IMG/VR virus record: IMGVR_UViG_3300037479_000361
Location: 1 to 42,766 of that record
DNA from: a virus
Taxonomy: Duplodnaviria > Caudoviricetes
DNA: 42,766 bases
Reading direction: 5' to 3' (one strand)
Part shown: positions 25,121 to 34,206 of the stretch, piece by piece
How the letters are laid out: each line of letters starts with the position of its first letter
How positions within the stretch are numbered: the first letter of the stretch is position 1
The notes under the pieces: generated by a model
Databases searched by the model: none
Seen by the model: only the letters and a program-made list of their open reading frames with translations
What the model was told of the DNA's origin: nothing
Program-made: the position numbers and the translations under genes

Positions 25121-28100
25121 GTGGCGACAAGAACAAGCATAGCCTCGGGAAACTGGACCGCCGCTATTTGGGACGGAGCAGTTCCGACCGCCGCCGACGA
25201 TGCGGTGCTCAACCATCTCGTCACTGGCGACGCCACCACGCTCGTCTGCCGAGACTGCACCATCAATGCTGGAGGTACCTACCGCGCGTCGCGCAGCGTC
25301 AATAGTACCCTGACGATTGGCCGCAACCTTGTGGTCGCTGGCGGCATCCTGGATCTGGGCACCTTCAACGATCGCATCCCCGCGAACGTCCAAACCAGGC
25401 TGCTGTGGAACATCGTCGGGCTTGAGGCCGGGTACGTGGGTGGCGACACCGAGGTTCCGCTGGCGACTGATCCTGGGCTCTGGGTCATTGGGAATGGCCA
25501 GGTCTTTGCGCACGGCGCCATCAAGGATACTTGGACCAAAATCGTCACGGCCCCCATCGGCGTCGGAGCAACCAGCGGTGCGATCTCCGGAATTTACACC
25601 CAGGGCTGGGCGCCAGGAGATGAGATTGTCTTCTCTGACACGCACCTTCGGCTCTCGAACTCCGACAACCAAGATGAGGTGCGCACGCTAAGCACGATCT
25701 CGGGAGTCGTCGGCGATGCGAGTCGCACAATTACTTGGGCGTCGGGACTCTCCTTCGCGCACGAGTACCTCGCTGTGCCAGTGTGGACCGATCCGTTCGG
25801 CGATGCCTGGAATGAAGTGTTGGCCGGCGAGGTCTCGAATCTGACCAAGAATGTCATCCTCGACACGTCGACGGGCACCAACACGGACGCGCCGCATTTC
25901 ATGGTCCTGGACAACGGGAAGGTCTATCTCGAAGACGTGCGGATCGACCACTTCTCGCCAGTTTCAACGCGCAACCCGATGGGGCGCTATGCGCTCCATA
26001 TCCACCAGCAGTTCGAAGGCTCTCGCGGCAGTTACATCCGCCGCTGCATCGTCGCCAACACTAAGGGAGGCGGCGTCTTCGTCCATGAGAGCCATGGGGT
26101 CACAGGCGAAGACAACGTGTTCTACAACGTGGCGCGCGTTTTCTCCACAGGCGAGCAGGTCTCGACGGCGCTGAACCTGGAAGTCACGGTTACCCCGCCC
26201 TCTCGCGGCCCTGACATCATCCCGGCGATCTCGGCAAATGACTTTCGGTGGGAGCGCGGCCTGTCGATGCGCACAGGCACTACGGCTGGCAGCGATACGC
26301 GATCGGCGGCGTTTTGGGCTGGCGTGGGCGCGTTCAACGCATCCTTCTTGGGTTGTGTGGCCTCGGGGCATTCTGGAGGTTCAGACTCGGCGGGGTTCCT
26401 CTGGCCTGAAGGCGCGGCAAACTCCTTTCAGCAAACCCATGCGCCGCGCTGCGAGTCGCACTCGAACTGGCCCCATGGCTTCTTCCTCCATCAGAACTCT
26501 GGCCATGTGGCTCCAATGCAGGTTATGGTCGACTGGATCGCGTGGCGCAACGGTCGCCATGGAATGCAGGAGGGCGCGTATGTCTCCGGATTTCATACGC
26601 ACCAGTTTCGCGGGATCGAAAACGGCGCAGCGCAACTGATCCACTCGGTGATCGGTCGGCAGGTCACCACGTTCCTCGCTGATCCGCGCAACCTTGCCGG
26701 CGCTTTCGGCGTGCGCATCCTGCGCTATGTTCTCGATTCGGTGGTCGATTCGTACTACCGCGATGGCGTCGTGCGGAATGTCGCGTCTGGCCAAACGGCC
26801 GTTGGGCACGACCCCACCGGCGGCGTTGCCGGCTCGCTCATTTTCGCCCAGTTCGCGCGGGTAACCTGGTCAAACATCAGTGGCACATTGCTGCTCTTTG
26901 GTCCCGGACCGCCTCCACCGGTCGGTTCGCATCTGCGGATACGCAACGCGACTGGGCTGGCGTCGCTCGGCCACGGGACCGATTTCACGATCTATCGTCA
27001 GGACGATCCCGCCAATCCAGGCGTGTTCGCCGCCAACGTCAACGGCGATGTGGACACGCCCGATACCGCGAATACGGTGCCACTGACCCCGAGGTGCTTC
27101 TTGACGATCTCGACCGGGGATGACGGCCTCGAGCCGGTCGCCAATGCCCAAGGGCAGCGGATCGTGACGCTGACAGTCGCCACGCGCGATGCGACTGCCT
27201 TTGCGCGCCCCGACGCGCATGTCGTGGATTTCTACCTGGATAATGACTCCCAACTGCTCGCCAGCGTGGTCCCCGATGCCAGCGGCGTCGCGACCTTTCA
27301 GTATAACGTTGCGGCCTTTCCGCATCGCCGGCCGTACTTCTTTGCACGCGCCCGTTACACCAGCGGTCCGAACGCGAGCGTCGAGGGCACAGCCAGCCGG
27401 GTGCTCCGGGTGCGCCGCGCGATCGGCGCCTCGCAGGTCGATCCTACCGCCCCTACCCTCACGTCGCTCACGAACCCCAGCACGGGCGTACTGCGTTGGG
27501 CCTGGGGCGACGTGGCCAACGAAGTCTCTTATGATCTCGAGACTTCGCCGGACAACAACAACTGGACCGTTCGCGGGACTGCTGGCTCGAATAGCATCAC
27601 TGCAGACTGGACCGCCGCCACGCCGGGGGCGACCTATTGGGGACGCGTAGTCGCAATCGGGCCGACCGGAAACCGGTTTCCGAGCAACAGCATTCAGCGG
27701 ACGCTGGCGGTCGCCGTCCCTGCGGCGCCGCTGAACCCGCGCGCAGCGAACGTGACGACGACCACGTTTGATGTGCAGTTCGAGGACAACAGTGGAGGCG
27801 GAGACGACGACGAGACCACCTGGCATGCGCGCGTCCGAACGCCACCGACCACTGGCACGTATGAGGCCACGATCAATCAGGCAACGGCAACTGGTGCGGG
27901 AACTGGCTCGACCGTGACGATCGCTATTACCGGACGCACGGCGTCTACGCAGTATGAGGTCGAAGTCTGGGCCTCAAATGCCAGCGGGGAATCGACCCGG
28001 CAGACCTTCACCATCACGACGAATGCCGCGCCTCCGCCCAATCCAGGGACCCCGACGATCAACAGCGCCGTGGCGATCTCGCCGACCCAGATCGACGCGA

Positions 28101-28735
28101 CCTGGACGAACGTGGCTGATGAGCAGGGGTACGATCTGGAGTCCTCACCGGCTGGGGCTGGAACTTGGACGGTGCGGCGCACCTTTTCGGCGGACGAGAC
28201 CTCTGGAAGTTGGCTGACTGCGGTGCCGAATACCGCCTACGATATCCGCGTCGTGGCGTTTTCTGGTGCAGTGCGCGCGGCTAGCGGGTCGATCGCGGCG
28301 ACGACGCCGGCGGCGATCCCGGCGGCGCCCATCTCACCGCGCGTGGCGGATATCGGGACGGGGACGGCTAATTTCATCGTGACCGACAACTCCGGGGCCG
28401 CGGGAGATCCTGAGACCGCGTTTGAAGCACAGTATCGAGACGAAACAGACCCGGGGAACCCGAGCGCCTACGTGAGCCTGTCGAACGCCGCCTCTCAACC
28501 CGGCACCGGGACGGAGATCACCTTTGCGTTGAGCGGGCTCACGGCTGGCCGGACCTACCGCGCGCGATCGCGCGCGATCAATGCGACGGGCAACTCCGCG
28601 TATGCCGAGACGACGTTCACGACGCAGCCGCCCGCGCCGCCCGGCCCTGTAGGGGGCTCCGGCAGAGCCGATGGACGCTTCGGCTCCTATCTCCGCGCGC
28701 TGGTGGTCGGCCGGCGCAAGTTCTGGTCGTCATGA
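25121..28735 (+). CDS. Large virion adhesin/depolymerase: G8-like + CEMIP/fibrocystin-type beta-helix + Ig-like + four Fn3 domains
   Basis: TSIASGNW..WDGAVP; GEVSNLTKNVIL; MGRYALHIH; VHESHGVTGEDNVFY; Fn3 W..Y..V.A patterns. Confidence 0.8.
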   Translation: MATRTSIASGNWTAAIWDGAVPTAADDAVLNHLVTGDATTLVCRDCTINAGGTYRASRSVNSTLTIGRNLVVAGGILDLGTFNDRIPANVQTRLLWNIVGLEAGYVGGDTEVPLATDPGLWVIGNGQVFAHGAIKDTWTKIVTAPIGVGATSGAISGIYTQGWAPGDEIVFSDTHLRLSNSDNQDEVRTLSTISGVVGDASRTITWASGLSFAHEYLAVPVWTDPFGDAWNEVLAGEVSNLTKNVILDTSTGTNTDAPHFMVLDNGKVYLEDVRIDHFSPVSTRNPMGRYALHIHQQFEGSRGSYIRRCIVANTKGGGVFVHESHGVTGEDNVFYNVARVFSTGEQVSTALNLEVTVTPPSRGPDIIPAISANDFRWERGLSMRTGTTAGSDTRSAAFWAGVGAFNASFLGCVASGHSGGSDSAGFLWPEGAANSFQQTHAPRCESHSNWPHGFFLHQNSGHVAPMQVMVDWIAWRNGRHGMQEGAYVSGFHTHQFRGIENGAAQLIHSVIGRQVTTFLADPRNLAGAFGVRILRYVLDSVVDSYYRDGVVRNVASGQTAVGHDPTGGVAGSLIFAQFARVTWSNISGTLLLFGPGPPPPVGSHLRIRNATGLASLGHGTDFTIYRQDDPANPGVFAANVNGDVDTPDTANTVPLTPRCFLTISTGDDGLEPVANAQGQRIVTLTVATRDATAFARPDAHVVDFYLDNDSQLLASVVPDASGVATFQYNVAAFPHRRPYFFARARYTSGPNASVEGTASRVLRVRRAIGASQVDPTAPTLTSLTNPSTGVLRWAWGDVANEVSYDLETSPDNNNWTVRGTAGSNSITADWTAATPGATYWGRVVAIGPTGNRFPSNSIQRTLAVAVPAAPLNPRAANVTTTTFDVQFEDNSGGGDDDETTWHARVRTPPTTGTYEATINQATATGAGTGSTVTIAITGRTASTQYEVEVWASNASGESTRQTFTITTNAAPPPNPGTPTINSAVAISPTQIDATWTNVADEQGYDLESSPAGAGTWTVRRTFSADETSGSWLTAVPNTAYDIRVVAFSGAVRAASGSIAATTPAAIPAAPISPRVADIGTGTANFIVTDNSGAAGDPETAFEAQYRDETDPGNPSAYVSLSNAASQPGTGTEITFALSGLTAGRTYRARSRAINATGNSAYAETTFTTQPPAPPGPVGGSGRADGRFGSYLRALVVGRRKFWSS

Positions 28736-28786
28736 CAGGAACGCGCGTGCGGCGCCGCGAAGAGTGGCCGCCGACTGGAGCCGCCG

Positions 28787-28981
28787 ATGCCTCCTGAGGT
28801 CGTGAACGCGATCACCACCGCGCTGATGGGCGCGCAACGGAAGCCGGATCTAGGCCAAGGCCGTCTGCACCCGCCCCGGCAGGACGGCTACCGGGTCATC
28901 TTTCGCGCTCGAGAGAAACGTCGTTCGACAACACACCCGGCAGCACGTGGAGGGAGGAGCACCTATGGCCAAGACCGCTGA
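28787..28981 (+). CDS. Hypothetical protein
   Basis: GGAG SD; fills gap. Confidence 0.4.
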   Translation: MPPEVVNAITTALMGAQRKPDLGQGRLHPPRQDGYRVIFRAREKRRSTTHPAARGGRSTYGQDR

Positions 28982-29171
28982 TGCCATCACCGCCGCGATG
29001 TTCCGCCGCCGCCGCGCCCCGATCACATCCCGCGCCGGCCGCGGTCGGGTCAGCGCCAAGATCAGTCACCTGCGCGGTGAAGGCGAGCCGCAGAAAAAGG
29101 CCGTCGCCATGGCGCTCAACATGGAACGCGCGGGGCGCCTGGGGCCACGCGGCGGTTATCGCCGCTCCTGA
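28965..29171 (+). CDS. Small basic phage protein (DUF6496-like)
   Basis: VSAKISHLRGEGEPQKKAVAMAL; strong SD. Confidence 0.7.
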   Translation: MAKTADAITAAMFRRRRAPITSRAGRGRVSAKISHLRGEGEPQKKAVAMALNMERAGRLGPRGGYRRS

Positions 29172-30985
29172 TGGCGCTCGCGCTTTCTGATCCCTCGTCG
29201 CCGCAGGATCCGCGCGCGGCGCGGTCCTCGCCGATCGATCGGTCGTTCGGCACACCAGACGAGCTCCTCCGGCGCGTGATCCAGGACTTCGAGGCGAGCT
29301 ATGCCTTCCTGCGCCCGTATTTCACGAAGTTCCTGCGGTTCTATCGGATGTACCGGTCACACAGTCCCAAGAAGGCGCGCCCATGGCGCGCCGATGTGTT
29401 CGTGCCGATTCCCTTTGCCTCGGTGGAACACGGCCTGGCCACGATTATCGACGCCTACAGCCAGCGGCCGCTCTTCACGGTGCTCCCGCGGGAAGGCACG
29501 GACTACACAGGCGCCAAACAGTTCGAGAAGTACTTAGAGTGGGAAGACGACGATGCGGCCACGCTGCTGCCGCTCTTCTCGAGCTGGAAAGACACGCTGA
29601 ACTACGGTACCGGGTGGCAGAAAGTGCTGTGGGATTGGGCGGCGCAGCGCAACAGCGTCGAAGACATCTCGACGTACAACTGCTTCCCGGATCCTTGGGC
29701 CGAGGATGTCGACGACGCCGAGTACATCATCCATCGCGCGCTGCGCAGCCCGACCTACGTGCAGCGCATGGTCGATGCCGGCTTCTACGACTTGCAGGGT
29801 GAGACCGTCGAAGGGCTCGCCCGGATGCCGTGGGGGCAGGATCTGGAAAGCGAGCAGCTCTTGGGCGAGATCGGGCTCTCGCGGCCTGGCGATCAAGCAC
29901 AAGGGCGGTATCGAATCGAAGTCTTGGAGCGGTGGTCAGACAATTCCATCATCACGGTGCTCAACCGCCATCGCGTCGTGCGGGCCTGGGCCAACGGCTA
30001 CGGCATCAAGCCCTTCGTCCGTTACGTCGACCACTTCGTGCCCCATGAGCTGATGGGGATTGGCGAACACGAGGTCATCGAGCGCCTCGTCAGCGAGCTC
30101 AACGACATCCGCGGTCAGCGCCTGGACGTCGTCAGCATGATGATCAACAACATCCTGGTGGCCAGCAAGCTCGCCGGGATCGATCCCGAGACGCTGATCT
30201 GGCGACCGGGGCAAACCATCTGGGCGAACGACATCCAGGGGATCCGTCCACTGATCGCCTCGCAATCGGGGAACCCCGCTCTCGGCGTCCAGGAGGAAAC
30301 CGTGGTGCGGTTCGACGTGCAGGAAGCCACAGGGAACTGGGGCTACAACCAGGGCCAGGTCCCCAACCGCCGAGAAGCCGCGACGACCGTGCTGGCGCTG
30401 CAGCGGGCGGCCGGCCTACGCTTCACGTCTAAGATGCGTTACAACGAGACCGGCGCCATGCGCAAGCAAGCTAAGCTTCGGATGCGGAACGCGCAGCGAT
30501 TTCTCCCCGCGACGCGCTGGATCCGCGTCACCAACCAGGTCCCGGTCCAACTACGCCGGGAGGATCTGGCGGGCGAATACGACTTCATCCCCACGGTGAG
30601 CAGTGCAGAGCCGCGAGAGGCCCGGCGCGCCGCGATCGGACAGATCCTGCCGATCCTGATGAACTCCGAGCGGATCCGTGACGACAAACTGCTGGCGTTC
30701 GTGCTCGATCTCTACAACGTGCGTGAGAAAGAGGCGTTTCTGCGCACCGACGAAGAGATGCAGCAGGTGGCGCTGGCGCGCGCGCTCCAACAGGTCGCCG
30801 CCCGCGCGGGCGGGAATTCTTCGCGAGGAGGCGAACGGCGCATGCCGACGATGATTGGCGGGATGGCGCCAGAGGCGGCTCAGCTTCCGAGCGAGCTTGA
30901 GGATCTGGGCGGGAATGGCGATGGTGGCGCCCTGGACGCGGCCGGGCGCCAGTATCTCGCCGAGGCGCTCCAGCTGCGAGGGTAG
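29171..30985 (+). CDS. Portal protein (podovirus-type)
   Basis: 604 aa; YGTGWQKV, FPDPWA, YGIKPF, EAATTV patterns; head-module position. Confidence 0.9.
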   Translation: MALALSDPSSPQDPRAARSSPIDRSFGTPDELLRRVIQDFEASYAFLRPYFTKFLRFYRMYRSHSPKKARPWRADVFVPIPFASVEHGLATIIDAYSQRPLFTVLPREGTDYTGAKQFEKYLEWEDDDAATLLPLFSSWKDTLNYGTGWQKVLWDWAAQRNSVEDISTYNCFPDPWAEDVDDAEYIIHRALRSPTYVQRMVDAGFYDLQGETVEGLARMPWGQDLESEQLLGEIGLSRPGDQAQGRYRIEVLERWSDNSIITVLNRHRVVRAWANGYGIKPFVRYVDHFVPHELMGIGEHEVIERLVSELNDIRGQRLDVVSMMINNILVASKLAGIDPETLIWRPGQTIWANDIQGIRPLIASQSGNPALGVQEETVVRFDVQEATGNWGYNQGQVPNRREAATTVLALQRAAGLRFTSKMRYNETGAMRKQAKLRMRNAQRFLPATRWIRVTNQVPVQLRREDLAGEYDFIPTVSSAEPREARRAAIGQILPILMNSERIRDDKLLAFVLDLYNVREKEAFLRTDEEMQQVALARALQQVAARAGGNSSRGGERRMPTMIGGMAPEAAQLPSELEDLGGNGDGGALDAAGRQYLAEALQLRG

Positions 30986-30989
30986 CAAG

Positions 30990-31301
30990 ATGCCGAAGAT
31001 GACCGTCGAGGTGGCACAGCAGCTGCTCGCGCGGCCGCAGTATGTCATCGAGTTTCTTGACGAAGCCATCGCGACGCTCGCCGCGGCCACGTTGGATGGC
31101 GATGTGACGCCCGAGGAGCTCTTGCGCCGCCGCGGGATCCGCGATGGGCTCAAGATGGCCGCAGGGTTCTTTCATGAAGCGCGCAGTGTGCTGCGAGCGG
31201 CGGCGGACGAGGCGGCTGACCAGGATGCCGCGAGAACGACCGATATGGTCCCTCCGGGGTTGCTCGATGCCTTGGTGTACCCGCGGACGAAGGAATCCTG
31301 A
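30990..31301 (+). CDS. Small helical protein between portal and scaffold (Bbp19-like position)
   Basis: EELLRRRGIRDGL helix; synteny. Confidence 0.65.
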   Translation: MPKMTVEVAQQLLARPQYVIEFLDEAIATLAAATLDGDVTPEELLRRRGIRDGLKMAAGFFHEARSVLRAAADEAADQDAARTTDMVPPGLLDALVYPRTKES

Positions 31302-31480
31302 TGGACGGCCGCGAACCCCTGCGCTCGTGTGAAGATCGGCTGCTGACCTGGTTGCGCGCGCAAGCGAAGCAGATCGCCCATGGCGCGGTGCAGGTCCAGC
31401 TGAAAGCCGAAGTTCAGGACGGCGTGGTCGTGATGATCCGTTTGACGGGCCCCGCCGAGATCGAGCAGCGGTTTCGATAG
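31301..31480 (+). CDS. 59-aa DUF2292/YezD-like protein (absent from ORF track)
   Basis: MDGREPLRSCEDRLLTWLRAQAKQIAHGAVQVQLKAEVQDGVVVMIRLTGPAEIEQRFR; TGATG coupling. Confidence 0.7.
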   Translation: MDGREPLRSCEDRLLTWLRAQAKQIAHGAVQVQLKAEVQDGVVVMIRLTGPAEIEQRFR

Positions 31481-31487
31481 ATCGTCC

Positions 31488-31539
31488 CTGACCACATCCT
31501 GGAGGGGGCGCGCAGTTGCGGCGCTCTCTCTTCGTTTTT
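31488..31539 (+). terminator. CUGA-stem-AGG motif overlapping an intrinsic terminator-like hairpin
   Basis: CTGA-CCA-catcc-TGG-AGG at 31488-31505; GAGGGGGCGC/GCGCTCTCTC stem 31502-31530, then TTCGTTTTT. Confidence 0.7.
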
Positions 31540-31551
31540 GGAGGAGGCACG

Positions 31552-32454
31552 ATGTCAACACAACCGACGCCCACTCCTGCCGTCGAGGGAGATGTGCTTG
31601 GACTCTTGACGCCGGAGGCGCCAGCTCCTGGCGCCACGGCTCCGACGCCGGCGGCCGCCGCACCACCTCCTGCGGCCCCCGCACCAGCACCTGCTCCGAG
31701 CCCCACGCCCCCGCCTGCGGCGCCGTGGCTGACTCCTGAGCAGCTGGCCCGATTCCCGGAGATGGCGCGCTTCGCGTCGCTGGACGACGCCCTGGCCGCC
31801 GCCGCCGGGCATGCGCAACTCCTCGGGCAGTACGAAGAGGCCGGGCTGGATCCCGCCGCCGTGCTGCAGGACCTCCTGGCACCAGAACCGGGGACGCAGA
31901 CCGCAACGACCGCCGCGCCAGGGATTGCACCGAACGAGGCTGAGTCTCTGGATGCCGACCTCGCCGATCCGAGTCGCTTCATTGACCGATTCACCACCGA
32001 TCCGCGCGGGACCGTGTATCACCTGATCGACCAGCGGATGCAGGAAGGGTTCGCTGGCCTGATGCAGCGATGGACCGCCGGGGCGGAAGTCGGGAAAGAA
32101 ATCTGGGAGGCGGTGAAGAGCAAGCACCCAGACGCCGCGCAATACGATCGGCAGATGGCTGAACTGATCATGAAGGCCCCGCAGTTGCTCTCGATCTACC
32201 CCAAAGAGGAACTCGGGGAACGGCTCTATGCGATGGTGACCAGCGGTACGACCGCCGCCGCCGCCGCGTCCGCCGCGGCGAGCCAGGCGGCCGAAGCCGC
32301 GCGGGTCGCCGCCATCGACGCCATGCGTGGCACCGTGGGAGAATCCGGCCGGGCCGGAGGGGCTCCTCCAGGAACACCAACGGGTGCCGGCGCTGGCGTG
32401 GTCGACGAACTGCTTGGGAGCGGACCGCCATCCGTGACGCTCCGACCACTCTAA
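31552..32454 (+). CDS. Capsid scaffolding protein
   Basis: Pro/Ala-rich acidic helical protein directly before the MCP; GGAGGAGG SD. Confidence 0.8.
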   Translation: MSTQPTPTPAVEGDVLGLLTPEAPAPGATAPTPAAAAPPPAAPAPAPAPSPTPPPAAPWLTPEQLARFPEMARFASLDDALAAAAGHAQLLGQYEEAGLDPAAVLQDLLAPEPGTQTATTAAPGIAPNEAESLDADLADPSRFIDRFTTDPRGTVYHLIDQRMQEGFAGLMQRWTAGAEVGKEIWEAVKSKHPDAAQYDRQMAELIMKAPQLLSIYPKEELGERLYAMVTSGTTAAAAASAAASQAAEAARVAAIDAMRGTVGESGRAGGAPPGTPTGAGAGVVDELLGSGPPSVTLRPL

Positions 32455-32477
32455 CCGTGAAAGGAGATTGACCGGCG

Positions 32478-33662
32478 ATGCCCACCATTGTCGCCCAGGA
32501 GCACACTGGCAACATCGTCGAGCAACAGCGTAAGCCGGACGTTGCCGACAAGATCTACCTGCTGCAGCCGCAAGAGGCGCCATTTGCGGCGCTGGTGCGC
32601 AAGCTTTCCCGCAAGTCCACGATGAATCCGCAGTTCGACTGGCTCGAGGATGAGGCCGTGCCGTGGGTCGATGCGGTCAACAACGGCGCCGGCTACACCT
32701 CGGGCGCGACTTCCATCGTCGTGGACAACGGCGCGTACTTCGCGCCTCAGGACATGGTCAAGGTCTTCCGGACCGCCGAGACGATGCGGGTCACCGGGGT
32801 CGCGACCAACACCTTGACCGTCGTGCGCGGGTGGGGCTCGACCGCCGCGGCGCTGGTCGACAACGACGTGCTGTACATCATGGGGAACGCGCACCCGGAA
32901 GGCTCGCTAACCGGGGTGGTGCGTCAGACCGTCAAGGTTCGGCGCTTCAACTACACGCAGATCTTCAAATCCCCCAGCCAGCTCACCAAGACGACCGAGG
33001 CTTCGGGGCTCTATGCCACCGCCAGCGAGCGGACGTTCCTGCGCCGGAAGTCCGCGATGGAGCACAACTGGCGCATCAATCGGCAGTTCTGGTTCGGGGC
33101 CCGGAACGAGGATCTCACCGGCTCGACCCCGGTGCGGTCGACTGGAGGGGTCACGCAGTTCGTGACCACCAACAAGACCGTGCTCGCCAACGATGCCGCG
33201 CTGACCCTGGGCGCGCTGGACTCGTTCCTGGAGACGGTGTTCTTCTACGGCTCCAGCACCCGGTGGTGCTTTGCCTCGCCCCACATGATGACGCTGATCA
33301 ACGCGCTCGGCCAGGCGAAGTTGCAGCTCAATCAGGTCGAGCTGGGCCGGGGCGCGAATAACGTCGTCTTCGGGCTCAATGTCGTGCGGTACATCTCCCC
33401 GCACGGCGAGTGTTTCTTCACCTACGATCGGGTGCTCAAGGACTGGGTCTCGACGACCTCCCCGAACGCCGCGGGCAAGGTGCTCTTTGCCCTCGATTTC
33501 GACCCGGAAGACGGCATCGCCTATAGGTACCTGCGCGAGACCGTGCTCAATCGGGACGTGCAGCCGAACGATGCCGACTACTACCTGGACGAGTTCCTGA
33601 CCGAGTGCGGCCTGCAGGTTGGGCAGGAGCGCCGGCATGGGATCTTTGAGATCAGCGGGTAA
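32478..33662 (+). CDS. Major capsid protein (DUF5309/SU10-like) with beta-sandwich insertion
   Basis: FDWLEDE, FNYTQIF, RSTGGV, FLTECGL motifs; TLTVVRGWGSTAA insertion domain. Confidence 0.92.
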   Translation: MPTIVAQEHTGNIVEQQRKPDVADKIYLLQPQEAPFAALVRKLSRKSTMNPQFDWLEDEAVPWVDAVNNGAGYTSGATSIVVDNGAYFAPQDMVKVFRTAETMRVTGVATNTLTVVRGWGSTAAALVDNDVLYIMGNAHPEGSLTGVVRQTVKVRRFNYTQIFKSPSQLTKTTEASGLYATASERTFLRRKSAMEHNWRINRQFWFGARNEDLTGSTPVRSTGGVTQFVTTNKTVLANDAALTLGALDSFLETVFFYGSSTRWCFASPHMMTLINALGQAKLQLNQVELGRGANNVVFGLNVVRYISPHGECFFTYDRVLKDWVSTTSPNAAGKVLFALDFDPEDGIAYRYLRETVLNRDVQPNDADYYLDEFLTECGLQVGQERRHGIFEISG

Positions 33663-33663
33663 C

Positions 33664-33754
33664 GGTGCGGGCCTAGCGGCAGCGCACCATCCACGGAGAG
33701 GAGGCACAGGGCAAGTGGGACCCCCTCCATTTGACCTCTGTGCCTCCTAGTGGA
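33664..33754 (+). promoter_or_regulatory. Tandem hairpins after the capsid gene
   Basis: GGTGCG/CGCACC and AGGAGGCACAG/CTGTGCCTCCT stems, no U-tract. Confidence 0.6.
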
Positions 33755-33771
33755 CGAATTGAGGAGTCACC

Positions 33772-34203
33772 ATGACCGTCACCTCACAGCAGGAGCGGGC
33801 TGTCTTCATCAGCCGATTCACCAATCAGCGGTTCGTGGTCCAGCCACCACGCCGGCGATTCCACCCAACAACGGGCGAGGAGATCGAAAACGTTGTCGGC
33901 AGCGTCATCGAGTTCCGCGCCAACCGCTTCGAGACGGACGACCCTGACCAGATCGCCTTCTTGCGAGCTCGCCTCGGCCCGGAGCTGATGGAGTTGCCGC
34001 CCGGGGCCGATACCCCTGAAGGATTGGCTGCCGACGCCGTCAAGATCGTCGGCCAGGCCACCACGCAGCGGGAACCGCTCAAGAAAGACTACCGGTGCAA
34101 GCAGTGCGGTGAAGCGTTCGCGGAACCGCTGGCGCTCGCGCGGCACACGAACGCCAAACACTCCCGCCACAAAGATGCGGAGCCATCGCCGGCGGACGGC
34201 TAA
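33772..34203 (+). CDS. Head-associated protein with C-terminal C2H2 zinc finger
   Basis: IEFRANRFETDD; YRCKQCGEAFAEPLALARHTNAKH. Confidence 0.8.
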   Translation: MTVTSQQERAVFISRFTNQRFVVQPPRRRFHPTTGEEIENVVGSVIEFRANRFETDDPDQIAFLRARLGPELMELPPGADTPEGLAADAVKIVGQATTQREPLKKDYRCKQCGEAFAEPLALARHTNAKHSRHKDAEPSPADG

Positions 34204-34206
34204 TCG

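Noticed and set aside
24712-25121. Self-splicing intron carrying an antisense endonuclease gene
   Set aside because: The ORF fills almost the whole insert, leaving no room for a ribozyme core, and no nuclease motif is present
28787-28981. Second DUF2292-like gene (RQDG..V motif)
   Set aside because: Resemblance limited to a few residues and no CUGA-stem-AGG element follows
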